This document shows positions 43,681-58,216 of a DNA stretch of 64,000 nucleotides, piece after piece. The DNA lies in the NCBI RefSeq assembly GCF_009914755.1, contig NC_060944.1; one strand, written 5' to 3'. This DNA is from the human T2T-CHM13v2.0 reference genome, Homo sapiens. Position 1 is the stretch's first letter, and each line of letters opens with the position of its first letter. A program made the position numbers and the translations under genes. Under the pieces are notes generated by a model, which had not been told where the DNA came from, searched no databases, and worked only from the letters and a program-made list of their open reading frames with translations.

Positions 43681-44982
43681 AAGTCACAGAACAAGAAGAC
43701 ACAGAAGGAAGAAATCATCCTGAAAGTACTTGTAAGCACTTTACTAACCCATTAAGTCATTGCTTTTCTGAAAGGAGAGCTCTGGAAATGATAATAATGA
43801 ATATTTGCATAATGCTCTAAGGCTTACCAAAGTCATGTTGGAATACACCGCCTTGATTTTCCTCCTAGGGAGGAATGGATAGTTTGTCTAAGGCATGGAT
43901 AGTTTGTCTAAGGTCTCAAGGCAGGGAGCTGGGTGATGTAACCAGGACTGGCACCCAAAACTGACTTCACATCCCATGCTCTATTTCAATCCCATACCCA
44001 ATCCTCTTTTCTTTTGGCTCCCTCTCCCCAAACCAGTGTGCCTACAGCAGAGCTCAGTTTTCTTTGCCAGGCATTTCTGACCCTTCTCAATTGGCCCCAA
44101 GCTGGAGAATTCAGCTGCCACCACCCCACCAACTATGCCCACTCTCCCAAGTGAGTGTGGAGTTGAAGACATGAACCAGCAACTCACCCTCGGTCAGTTT
44201 CAGATACATGTTCTTCTTAGGGTGAGTCAATCTGAGGGGTTCAGCACTGTCCTCAAGTCTTAGCCCCGTATCAGTTTGAGCTCCCCTGGAAGCAGCACTG
44301 AGAGTCCAGGGCTTGGGTGCAGGTAGTTTATTTGGAGAGGATTCCAGAAGGAAGTGAGGGAGCAGGGAAATGACACGGGGAAGAAGGAAATCCAGCATAA
44401 GGGCAAATTATTGAGGCCTCTGCTGTAGTCCATGGATGCTTGAATGCCAGAAAAGCTTCCAGAATGCTTCCCAGATTGCCTGCCAGAAGGACTGTGGGCA
44501 AGGAGTGTTCGCCCACCCCCTCTCATGCTTGCAGTCAAGGGATGCTCTTGGGGTATCCCCCCACTTTCTATGTTTGCACATGGATTAAAGGGGACACCCA
44601 CTCTGAGGAAGGCCCTTAGGCAGAGAAGGATACCCTGGGCTCCACATTGGAGCCTGGGGAGCCTGAACACACACGGAGCTGTCACCACAGGTACGTACAA
44701 AATCAGGGTGTGAGGGCACCTTAGGGGTCTTGCCAGAGCTCCCAGCGACATGACAATTACTTCCATGGTGCCAGCCAGAGAAATAGGGTCTGTTTCCAAT
44801 ACAGAGGAGCAGCTGGCTGTGCTGGACCTGTTGTGTTGAAACTGAGAGGTTATTGCAGCTTTTTGAGGAATTTTCATGTAGAATTTAGACCATATGTAAT
44901 TTTGACTGTGTTCAGAACCTAATTCCCATAGGAAATTTTATCTCACCTCTTTCAAACACACCTTATTATAGACATCCGCCCT

Positions 44983-45022
44983 AACACACACACATTCACA
45001 GATGGAGAAACACACACACTGA

Positions 45023-45065
<43 letters not shown>

Positions 45066-45071
45066 ACACAC
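44983..45071. repeat. (CA)n microsatellite, interrupted
   Basis: directly visible. Confidence 0.95.
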
Positions 45072-45141
45072 GTTTCCTCCCCATGCTGTTTTTTCACTTG
45101 CCCCTCTCTTTATCTGAATCTAATCCAAGCATCCTGCATGA

Positions 45142-45678
<537 letters not shown>

Positions 45679-48546
45679 GACTGAAACCATTTATATTTTA
45701 GAACATTCTTTTCTTGTTCTTTCTTGTCTTGTCTCCAGAGTACCTAGGATGGTGCTTTGACTGCATCATTATCGTTGTGATCTTTGCAGCTGGAACGTCT
45801 ATGGTGTCTTCATGTCGGGGCAGGACAGACATCGATCGAGGTGTCCTTGTGCTGAGGGTGTTGCTAGCATGTGCTTTACTCAGTGAGCAGCAGTGACTCA
45901 ACACAGGGCAGGCCGGCCGCCGTCTGCGTCAGGAGGCTGTAACTATTTTCTTACAGCTATAAAGGTCACAAACATGACCGAGCTGATCCCCATCTCGAGG
46001 CCTGACTGACACAAACATTGTTATGACTGAAACATTTTTCTTATCAGGTTATTCTTAACGGAGATGCCCACTTGGGACCTGTTTAGTCTTTATTGTTTTA
46101 AATAGCCTGGGCTGAAGCATAAGGGAATTAGTCTTTGGTTTGGTGACCTTGAAAATTTGATCTAGAAGGAGGATGAGGTGCTGGCTCCTTCTCAGATAGC
46201 ATCGTTTTACCCGTGCTCACCATGTCGGTCACGTGCACCAGCTCGCCAGTGGCTCCTTCGGCCTGGTGCCTCCTTCCCTTCCTGCGACACTGCTCCCTGA
46301 ACTGCAGCCTCCCCAGCCTCAGCCTTCCCTGAGCTGCAGCCTCCCCAGCCTCAGCCTTCCTTATGAACACTCAGCTCTGGCCCACTTGAGGAGGAGATCT
46401 TCCCTGAGATGTAAACGTGGTCTGCTCGTTCTCATCCAAACTGCACAAAGTAACTGCTTTCTAAAATACTCCCCTTCCCCAGACACGATTTCTATCACAA
46501 TCCCATGTTCTAGATCTTTCCTATCTGCTTTCTTGTTGATGTGTTTGCCTGTCAGTTGTTTGTTCCCCCTTAGCATGCAGACCCCAGGAAAGCAGGGCCC
46601 TGTCTGTCTTGCTCTCCATTTTCCTACAGAGCTTTGAGCAGTGTCTGGAACTCATCTACTGCAAGGATGTAGAAAGTCCAAATGCCACACACACGTCTGA
46701 GTCTTGAGTTCCTACTGTGACCTGGAGCCGGGGCACTGCTGGTGTTTCTGACCTTGACAACCACAGACACAGCACACATAACTCCCTAACCTCAGTCTCC
46801 TCAGTCATCATCCCCATGCGAGCGTTTGGCTCGCGTGGACTCCATGGCACTGGGCATTCCAGGACCTCATGCACAGGCACGAGGCGGAGGGCTCTGGGCT
46901 CCGTGGTTAATGTGTACCAACGTACTTTTTATCTATAGCTGGCTTTGCCACCCTAGGCCTGCTTTCTTCCCAAGACTTTCCCCTGGCCTCTTTCCAGCAA
47001 TCTGTCCGGGAGTTATAGACTAAGCTACCCTTCGGCAATTAGACTGGACTTCAGTCGTTTTTGAAAGATGAATTTAGAGGTAATTTTCTAATTACTAGCA
47101 GTTGTCAAATAAACTGAGACGAAAGACTGCTGAGTCTTTGCCTGGGCAGAAATGAGCCCTGGCTACAGCAGGAGCTGGTCCTGTGCCTTGGTGATGAATG
47201 CAGGGAGACAAGCAGCTTAGGAACCAATTAACTTTCTGCTTCTTTTGCTAATGTGGGGACAGTGAGGGGAAGAGTTTGGCTGCTTGAGAATGGAGTTCAA
47301 ACAGGGCCAGCTGTGGAAGTTAAGCTAGCAGAACTGATGAAAGGAACACGCTTCAAGGACGTCTGCGTTCTTAGCAATATCAAAATGTTCATCTTCATTT
47401 GATGGAACACTTCTGAGTCTGAATTGTCAGTACAAACGTTAAAGATGTAATAGCTATTGACGCCTATTCTAGATGATAATGCCTAAAGATATCACTGGGA
47501 CATTTTTTCATGGGAACTTTCAACTGTAAGTGAAAGTTTTCCTTTCAGTTGCTGTCTGCAAAAATGTCAAACTTATACACAGTAATATTTATAAGGTGGC
47601 TTTTGTGTTTTCTTCTGCAATTGTGTGACATTTTGCTTGGTTAAGTGTTGCATCTTGTCATGGTTTGATGTCACGTGGCAACCAATGTCACAGAAGGCCT
47701 GGGGGTCACCTGGGAGCTGTTGCTTGGGCTTGGGGTCTGGTTTGCAGACTTGGAGGCCAGGAACCTGGTGCTGTCAGGACCCTATGGCAGAGCCAGACAG
47801 ACTCAGAAGCACTAGTGTATCAATCAGGGGGCCAATGTCTTAGTTCACATCAAAAGCACCACTTTTCTGGGGAGACAGACTCCAAATCTGCCACCCAAGT
47901 TGCCCCACTCCTTGCAGCTACTGTTAGAGACAGTCATGACAGGTTAGAGACAGCCATGCTGGGGTGGAAAGGTAGAGCTGGTATAGAAGACTTGTCCCAG
48001 TTCCGCTAATGACCTTGGAGAAGCCTCAACCTTCCTGAGCCTCAGTTTCCTCATGTGTAAAATGGTGATCCAGTACTCCTATGACAGGACTTGTTGGAAA
48101 GCTAAAAGGAGAACACATATGTAAACTGCTGGGTCCAGGAGTAAGCACTGAATCATTTAATTGGGACAGGCAGATGCAGAGTACAGACTGGAGCCAGTGT
48201 GTGGATTCCTGATCCAATCGCATGGCCTGAAATAAACTCCTGTATATTTCTAAGATTTGGGATCTACAAACTAAATTGGGATCAGAATGTTATCTACTTC
48301 ATAGGCTCGTCGCTGTTGTTGTATCAAATAAGATACTCTATAGAAAGCACATAGCATGATGATCATGGTACCCAGACACAGTAAGGGCTCAAATGAATGG
48401 GAGCTCTCATTGTTATTGGGAAGATTAATAGTTCTGATGGTAGAATAGTAGCAGCTGTTGTGGCACCACCAGCAACAAATACAAGCAGCCAGGAGGTGCA
48501 GGTCATTCGGCGACTATAAAATCGGAACAGAGGTGAACTGTGTAGA

Positions 48547-48740
48547 AGGCTTCTCAGCCCTGGCACTACTGATGTTTGCGGCTAGACAGATTGCTCTCAT
48601 GCGCTGTAGGGTGTTTAGAAGCATCTCTGGCCTCTACTTGCTAGGTGCCAATAGCACCACCCAGTTGTGACAACCAAAGACGTCTCTGGACACTGCCATT
48701 GTCTCTGGGCTGGGGGCAGAATCATCCCAGCTGAGAATGT
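48547..48740. mobile_element. MER20-like
   Basis: same internal motifs as the 4691 and 18641 copies. Confidence 0.7.
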
Positions 48741-51700
48741 CTAGGGGAATATGTCACCGAGATGACGGGGAAGCCTGTGGTCCTCCAAAACTTGCCCCGG
48801 TGCCTGCACCTGCACACACTCCTACCTGCCCAATGCTTTGCTTCAGTTCTCTTTCCTAGATTTAGTCCATTAGATGACAAAGACTGAGTGGCCACTATGA
48901 ACAAGCACCTGGGCATAATCTGTGGGAGAACAAAGTTTGGCCTCTGCCCTCCAGGACACCCCACAGACCTTTTCCCTTCACCCCCTTCTTTAGCACTGCC
49001 CTTCCTTATGTGAGGCACAATGCTGTTGACTAGATCACAGCTGTCTGAACGACACTGCTGTCTGTGGGAAGCCACCACTCAGCCCTTCTCTGAAGGCAGA
49101 ACTTCTCTGCAGTGTATTATTTAATACTTCTTCCAAGAGCGTGCCTTTTTCCTTGTGCAAATGCTCACGATATTTATTAGCATGAAAACCTTGGGGGAAC
49201 GCATTAACCAACCTGGACCTCAAGTTCCTATGCAAAATGGGGATAATGACACGCTCCCTTCAGCAGCGCTTGCAAGTGGATTCATTGAGATTCTGTAGGC
49301 TCCTAACCCTGTTCTCTCCTTTCCGATGATAACTTTATTCTAAATTGCAGAGGCACCTCACCATGCGTGGCCTCTTGGTATTTACCGTAAGAGTTTTTAA
49401 GGACGGAAGTTAACGTAATGTGTCTAAACTTAAGTTTTTTGAGGATCCTGTTCTCCCTATGCCTGTATTTATCTACATTACTATCCAATTGAAAATGTTA
49501 ACTTCTTTACCAATATAACTGAGTGGTTTGCAGATCTCTGTATCATGACCAGAATAGCCCATCCCCTTGTAATTTGGACTAATGTCTGAGAAGGCCTGCA
49601 TGAGTAAAAGTTCAAATTATTTTCCAGTTAAAAAAGAGATATTGTATGACTTTCAAACCCAGCAAGAATGGGGCTAGGAAACTATGACAAAAAAAAATCT
49701 TTAGGGAAACAGTAAGTAAACAGATGAGAATGATTCAGAACTCTGTTTTGTAAGCTCTGTATTGATGACTCTCTTTATGGCCATGTACAATACCCACTGA
49801 GAAATGCTCATTTATAACTCCCGCCATGCTTACCATGTTTAAAAACAACTTATTGTTTTAAGTAGCTTCAACAGTCACCCGAAATCCTATTGACACTGTT
49901 AATTTGCTTAGCAAAGACTTTCTTTAAGATCTTAAAAGGTAAACTTTCACCCAGCCTCTGTCAGAATCACTATGGATTAGAGTTATCCAGAATTAAGAAG
50001 GTTTAGTTAGCTCACTTCCATTCTATTGAACTTACTCAAAATGTCAGAACATTCTACATTTCTGACATATACAATGTTCATTTGATGACAGTTTTTATAG
50101 ATGCCTCACATCATTTAATTCCAGGCACCCCATTTTAATTGTGTCCTGTTTTATCTGTTGATTTTTTAATTGGCAAATAAGTAATTTTAAAAGGAAATTT
50201 TAATTCATTTTCACATACGCTGGCTCTACTGGAGAGCTCATAGGGCCAGACAGCAACAGACCCAGCCAGATTTGAATTTTTATCTAAATTCTCAATCTGA
50301 ACCTCACGCTTATAAATAAATGTGACTGCTGGAAAGAGTTTGAGTGTTGGAGTCAAGAGACCAGGCTCTAGTTCTTGGGCAAGTCTCCTAACCTCCTAGG
50401 GCCTCAGTTTCCTTGTGTAAATAGTAGGCAGTTCAATGGGGAGATTCTCGGCTGCCTTTCCAGCTCTTAGTACCCTGTGATTCCAAGATTCTCTTCTGGT
50501 CATTTTTCTTCCCAGCATCTATCCAGAAAACCCCACTCTGACATCTACTTTCCAGTATTTACATGAAAAGAACTTATTTTGTTCTATAACTTGGGATGTT
50601 TACTGTATTGGGATTTCTTTGAGTGGGACATCCTTAATGCAGGACGTTCCTAATTATTCTTAAACTGTCCTGTACGATCCTAAAAGTACCCTGAAACTCC
50701 GTGTATGGACTGCCTGAATTGTGAACATTAACCCACATTTATATAATCGCTTGGTTATGCAATCAGGCAATGAAGTTCAGGTTAAAAAGAGGAGTGTCTT
50801 GACTTTTGTCTTGGGTCCAGGATCCGCCCTTGGGACCCATTTATCACCTCATTTCCCTTCTTAACTCCTGTTTATCTCTCCGGTTCCTATTCAAAGGAAC
50901 AGGAAAACACGCAGTACAGCACTCCATTTGATTACATTGATAGCTCTGAGTGAAAAACAAGGCTGTCCACTTGGAGCTGCGATAAGTCTTTTTTTCTGTG
51001 CTATGAGGACACTAGGTGCGAACAGATACTGACATCGAAAAGTAGAGGGTTGAGGAGGGGGGTAAGGAGGAAGGAAAGAATGGCAAAGGAGTTATGTTGC
51101 AGTCAGTAAAGGTTAGAAATGAATCACAAGATCGGGGTAGGAAACCAAGTAATAAAATAAGTGCATAATAGTGGGTTGCCAGGCAGACAGTGGGCTAATA
51201 CCGAAGTGACAATGGCAGTGCAGCAGGGAGGCTGAGCAACAGAAAGGAGTGGGCGAGATGGAAAAATAAAGAGAGAATAATAAAAGCCAACACAGAGGGG
51301 GAGAGCAGAGGAGTCTGTCACTTTGTCTTAGGAGAAATTAAGAAGCCAGACAAATTATAAGTGTACTTTCATTTGGAAACATGATCAGACAGTCTGAGAT
51401 GGGTGCTCCTGGATGAGGTGATCATGGCTTGTAGGGACCTGTGAGTGGCTTGCTCTGACCTGGCATGGGAAGGGCCAGGACTTGCCAACGTTTGCAGGTG
51501 GCAATGAAGTGCAAGACTGAGGGAATGCAAGGGGGCTTATTGGATCTCTTTGATTCTTCTGTTCAGAAAGAAAAGAGTGGAAGAAGATGGCTAACATTCT
51601 TAAGGGCCCAGGGCCAATGTGGGTGTTCCCATTGAATTCTCACCAGGGCCCTATGCAATAGGTGCTGGTTTTATCCCTCTAGTTCAGATGAGAAAACTGA

Positions 51701-53537
51701 GGCCAGGAGCTTGTTCAAGATCACATGAGCAGCAAGGACTCTTGTTTCTGACCTCTCTGCCACCTGCCTGCCCAGGCTGCCTGCTGAAGCCACTGCATCA
51801 CCGTGAATGTGCATCTCCCACAAGGGCTGGTGTGTGGTTTACAGCCACAGGGAGGCGTTTTCAGGGCCCATCTGGGGTTGGAAGACATTGCTTTCCTTTG
51901 TCCTGACACCAAAAAGGAAACCGGCGTGGCCACTCTGAACATTTTGTCTTCTTTGGCATTTGGTTGCCTTTTTACCCTCCTCCATTGGCAATGGATCTAT
52001 CAGGTTCTCAGTTAAAATGCCGCATTGCCCAAGCACAAATGTGACCCTCGGTGTGTCGTGGGAACACATTGCACAGAGAACTCCACCACACTCAAACGCT
52101 GGCAGTGCCTTGCCAGCCCTGGTGGACTTGAAGTTTCGATGAGCTTTAAGTTCGTGGAGCAGCTTAGCTCTGGGATCGTGGTAAGAGTGGGATCTAGAGA
52201 GATGGGAGTTCCTCCTGCAAATGTGCTCTTGAGCCTATTTTGAGGTCACTAACCATGCTCAGCCACAGTGGCCTCTGCAGGTTGAGGAGGGATTCGCTGT
52301 CCTTCCAGAAGCTTCTCTCTAGTTTCAAATGTCATACCCAGATGAAGAAAGGAATGCTTCCTTTGAAATTGATGCCATCCTCAGAGCCACCACACTCAGT
52401 GCGGGCCTCTTGCACCCCCATGCAGAGTCCTGCTTTGCTCTTCCTGTATTCCCTGCTGCAAGACCTCAGGGAATGCCCATGGACTGGGCACTTCCTGAGC
52501 AGGTTTTCACTAAAAGAAACACTCAGCAAAACAAAGAAAGTTCGTAGAGTACCGTCCAGGCCTAGCTAATGTTTCATGAGGACAATAGAAGGCATCATTT
52601 GTTTTCAGAGCATAATTTTATTATATCTTAATGCAAGAAAAGGTAAGATAAATTTCCTATTATTTTAAAATAACCGTGTCATTGTTATAATACCATACTA
52701 TGATAATAACCATTTTACTGAAAATGATGAATATGTAATTGCCTTTCTTATATATTAGCATGTTATGATTTACTACCACAAATGTTGTTTTTCTTTTCTT
52801 AATTAATTTTTATACTTTCAGTATTGAAAAACTTTTCAGCATCTTCTAAATTGGCTCATTCAGGCTTGCACTGTAGACCTTTTGCAACAAGCCTATAGTT
52901 CTGCCATCGTCTCTCTTTTCACATGGTAAATTGCCCTGAAAGGTTTAATGAATAAATGAATACATTAATTAACAATGCCCAGAAAAGGGTCTCATTAAAG
53001 CAGTGTGTGTTTGGGATGCTTGGCTGGCATTTGGTGGATGGGGGCTGACTATCTTATGATGAAAGATGAACTTAAGCCCCCTGAACTCTCTCCTATGACT
53101 CACAAGAGTTTTTACTGGCATGGTTATGTAAACGAGCAGAGCATGAGGGAAATTATTGTTTAATTTCAAAAACATAACTGAATCACGAATACAAAGTGTG
53201 CTCTTGCTTCATGCTTTGATGTCTAAGGTGACTCACCGCATGGTACTGCACTTGAAAGGAGATGGAGCTTGGAGCAGGTTTGCCTGCCCGAGGGAGGTCA
53301 TCCCATGTGCCAGGAGGATGCAAAGTACCTCTTGTGGGCAGGGTTCACCTTCAGTGCCCTCCTCCGAGACTAAAGGTGCAGAGACGCCCCGCAGGGCAGG
53401 ACTGTGACATGGCCTGTCCAGCATTCTGCACTACGTGAAGAATTTGCTACCCACCACATACCTGTAGCACTCCCCTAACTCTGTGGCAACCCCCCAGACT
53501 CCCGCATATTTCCAAAGGCAGCCCCTTGCCAGGTGGT

Positions 53538-53609
53538 GATGAGGGTTCTGCCTCAGGTTGAGAACATGTTGAGATGAGGGTTCTGCCTCAGGTTGAGAAC
53601 ATGTTGAGA
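53538..53609. repeat. Perfect 35-bp tandem duplication
   Basis: gatgagggttctgcctcaggttgagaacatgttga x2. Confidence 0.95.
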
Positions 53610-56293
53610 AAGTAAGGTTCTGCCAAGTTCTAAAGATGCCATGTGCACAGGCTTCGAAGTGCCCATTTGTCTCTCTTGGATTAACTTGTAATCAATCTAA
53701 TTTAGTGCTGTTTTTAAATCTAGCAAGACACATTTGTTTATTTTATTTTGTTTTCTAAATAAAGAATAATTGCAGAAAGAGGCTTGGGAGGTCTCAGGAA
53801 AATAGAGAGGTAAAGTGCTCCATGCAAATAAAACCCAGAACCTTCTCAATGATGTGTTTAGAGGCTGAAACAAGGTAGAGTAGTGCACAGAGGCGGAGCC
53901 TTGGCCAAGGTCTCCCGAGTGCATCGGGGAGACGCTCACGTCTACATGATCTTTCCAGGTGCCAGAGTTACTGACCTCCAGCTTTTCACATCCTGGGAGG
54001 AGATTGCTCTCAAAGGTACACTCATCTTAACCAAACTCAAGACAGCGATGTCTAGGACAAGAAAGCTGACATGCTGATCTGTGCTCAAACCAGAGTTGAG
54101 CTGGCTCCAAGAGCGTCTGGTCTCCAGGATCTGCACGGCCTTTGGAAACCAAAGCTCAATCCCAGGGGCTCAGGGCCAGAGAATCAAGCAAACATGCTGG
54201 TTACAGAAACTGAAATTATTCACTCATTCGACAAATATTAGTCAGCACCTACTCTGGTCTAGCGACTGTTTTCAGAGCTGTGACCAAGACAGACAACGTC
54301 TTTGTCGAGCATGGAGATTATGTTCTAGTTAGTCGTAGATTCTGGGATTGAACCCCTAGACAAGTGAAGAAGGCAACGTCAAATAGTAACTGTCAGAAAG
54401 GAAACATAACAGGGGCATGTGTTGCAGGAGCTGGGAAAGGCTGAGACTCGGATGACACGAAGGCCCGTCCATGTGCAGGCCAGGAAGGGTGCTCCATGCA
54501 GAAGCACAGCAGGTGCAAAGGCCCTGAACTGGGGATGAGGGTGGCTCAAGGATGCGATCAAGTTCAACTCACAAAGGGGAAGCCGATTGTGAAGTTCAAA
54601 GGAGATCCTTATAGCTTCCAAGGCTGGACCACGGTCTGAGACAGAGGCGAGAATCAGCAGACGGAACAGGTCAATAAAGCAATGCACTGGAATGTTCAGG
54701 ATTCCTCTGGTTGTTCTATGTGATTTCCCATGGCTGTCTCACCCCTCAAAGCTGTTGGCAAGGTGCCCGGCCTGCGAACTGCACTCAGATACATGTTAAC
54801 AAATGGTCACGGCACTGCAGAAAGAAGAATGGAGTGGAGTGGACAGTCCTGCAGTGGCTAAATGCTTTTGTTAGAGTGCAAGCGTCTGTAGCCACAGATG
54901 ATCAGCTTTCTCCCATCACCAAGATGGCCCGTGCAGGCCCTGGCTTCCCGGGGAGAGTTAGATTTCCTCTCTGACTTAGACTTTTTTTTGTTAAGGAAAA
55001 ACACATGTCACATAAAACTTTTTTTTGACATGACAATACCTGGAATAATTAGATACATAAAGAACAATGAGGGAGCTGCGCTTTCCTGAGTGTATTTTGA
55101 GCAGTTATTACCCACCATCAGTGCCTTTCAAATGTCACTTGTGGAGTGTTCGTCTGTTTGTCGTGAAGCACAAAACTTTTTCTCTATTCTTTCCCAAAGT
55201 AGTTGAGAGCATTTTAAATCTCTGTGTTGAACTATGGCAAGTCACTCCAAAATTAAAGTGCTCAAAACCTTTATTTTGAAAAGCCCGAACAGTGCCCATC
55301 AAAGCAGCACAGGGAACACTGTCTTTTCAGTACTCACCCAGCACATTCCTCTGGAAATGTCAGATATGCTCTCATTTAAATAATTTGACAGCTCACAAGA
55401 AGCCATCTGATGAGTATTGCATTCAATTGTTAAAAGTACAACAAAAAAAGTCAAGAAGTTTTTCTTCCAAAGAATTTATCATTAATAATTCACACAAGCT
55501 ACTTTTTATGTGGTCGCCTACTGAATGCAATTATTTAATTTCTCTCTCTCTCTCCCTCTCCTTCTCTTTCTCTGCAAGTGGAGGCTGTGAAGACCCATTT
55601 TAATATAAAGGACACTCGGGAGTTTCACCTGAAATGAAAAAACAATGCATTAAGGCTGCTTAAGTAGGTTTCGCACATTCAATATGCTTGCAGGAATGTC
55701 TAAACACAGAAGTGTTTGACACGTATAGAAAAATACATGTATTTTTAAGACATACTTGACTCAAAGCACCTGAACATTTTATTTACCACCATAAGGCAGT
55801 GCATTGAATCCAGACCGGCCTGTTTTGTGGCTGCACACATTCCGTTTGGTTAAAGAAGCATTCAATGTACAGGGGTGGTTGTGCACCTCCTTAAACTTGT
55901 GTCCTGGACATTGAATTTGGCCGAATAGAAACGAACATGAGCCCCTGAAAGATGAGTTCACGGCCTGGGGATACAAATGCTGAGCTTTTTGTGGTTTGCA
56001 GTGTCTCAGGTTGAATGGATGTTGCAGGTCTAGGGGATGGATACTCAGGGACACAAGGGTGTCAGGGACCCCCTTACAGCTGTTCCCGCGCCTGTCATTC
56101 ATTTAGCTCTTTAGCCTCTACTACGTCTTCCTCTTTTACTACTTTCCATCTTTGGGTTAAAATGCGGAGAGATGACTTGAATGAGTAGCACACTCTCACA
56201 CTCGGGCCAGCCCTCCACATCATGAGTGGGCTTCAGCCACCCCAGGCTTCTGGGGAATGAGGTGGGGTACGGGAAGCAATTAAGAAATTGCTA

Positions 56294-56811
<518 letters not shown>

Positions 56812-58085
56812 TTAACAATGATTGATAGAGTGAAGATATTATTAATAAAAATTAGGTACCCAGCTAGGCAATGGACTTTTGTTCATGCCTCAGCACTCAT
56901 CAAAGGGCAAATGAAAAAGGTGTTTTCAGCAGCATGCGATTGGAATGAGTCGGGCCAGGTGGAAAACGAATCTGGCCATTCATCAGAGCTGTCAGGACGG
57001 GTCTCTCACCAGAAGTGTTTACCAGTGTTCACCATGAGCTTCCGAGTTCTGCTAACGGGAGCTTCGACTGTAACTCAGAGGACTTGGAAAACGACTTGGG
57101 TGACTTAGCGTACCTATGTTATTGAATTCGCCTAAGTGTTGCGACTCTTGATGCTGACACTTACGAGAATGCACAGTGGGACTTCCAGAAAATTTAACAG
57201 TGCAGTTCAGAAAAATGCCTCCGTGGGGGTGGGGGGCTTTGAGGAAGTCCAGGTGGCATGGGACTGGGGAGGGGAAGAAGCAAGGAGCACAGCGGCGTCG
57301 GGAGTGAAAAATGTGCCACTTATTCCACACACATAATAACATCAATCTGATTCAAAAAAATGAGAGACAAGGGGAGTCGACAGGAAAGCATACGGAAAAA
57401 GTTAAAGAAAAACCCAAGGTGCTATCACCGTGACTGTCTGTCTAGAGATGTATTGGGGAGTGGGTGTGTTTACTGTCCATACAACTCTTGTGGTTCTCAG
57501 TCATTCGTAGCATTGTGCAGCCCACGGGTGAGGAGCTGGTCTTCCTGGCTGGGCCTGGGCAGCAGACATTTGCTGAGCGCCTACTATGTGCCAGGTGTAG
57601 TTTGGGGCAATGAGAATGCTAAGAGGAGTGAGAACGCAGACTCCTAGAAGTTGGCGGCTCAGCTTGGACTGTCTTGTCCCCTCCATACTTAGCACTCCAT
57701 AGGAGACAATTGTTAAATAAATAAAAAAATTTGCACCCAAAAAGAACTATGATTTTTATTTCCCCCTTCTAGAATTTAGGAGTGTCTGCTCAGATGTGCC
57801 TGGCACTATGTTAAGTGTGTTTATTTGGGTTCCCAAATCTAATCCTTGTAAGTAACTACCCTATAAAGCAGGTACCATAATTATCCTCATTTTGCAGTTG
57901 AGGAAACTGAGGAAGCATAGAGAGGGTATGCCTTGGCCTAGGGCTACACAGTCAAGATGTAAAAGGAAACACCTGCCTCCAGAACCCACACTGTTGGCCG
58001 CTACATGGCATTGCCTCCCCAAACCACCCCATGGGCCCTACAGATAAAAAATATTGAGCCAATCTGTACCTCTTCTAAAAAACGA

Positions 58086-58216
58086 TTTTTTTTAACATAG
58101 AGATGGGGACTTGCTGTGTTGTCCAGGCTAGTCTTGAACTCCTGGACTCAAACGATCTTCCCACCTCAGCCTATCAAAATGTTGGCATTACAGGCATGAG
58201 CCACCACACTCGGCCC
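58086..58216 (-). mobile_element. Alu monomer (FLAM-like)
   Basis: single diverged arm. Confidence 0.7.
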
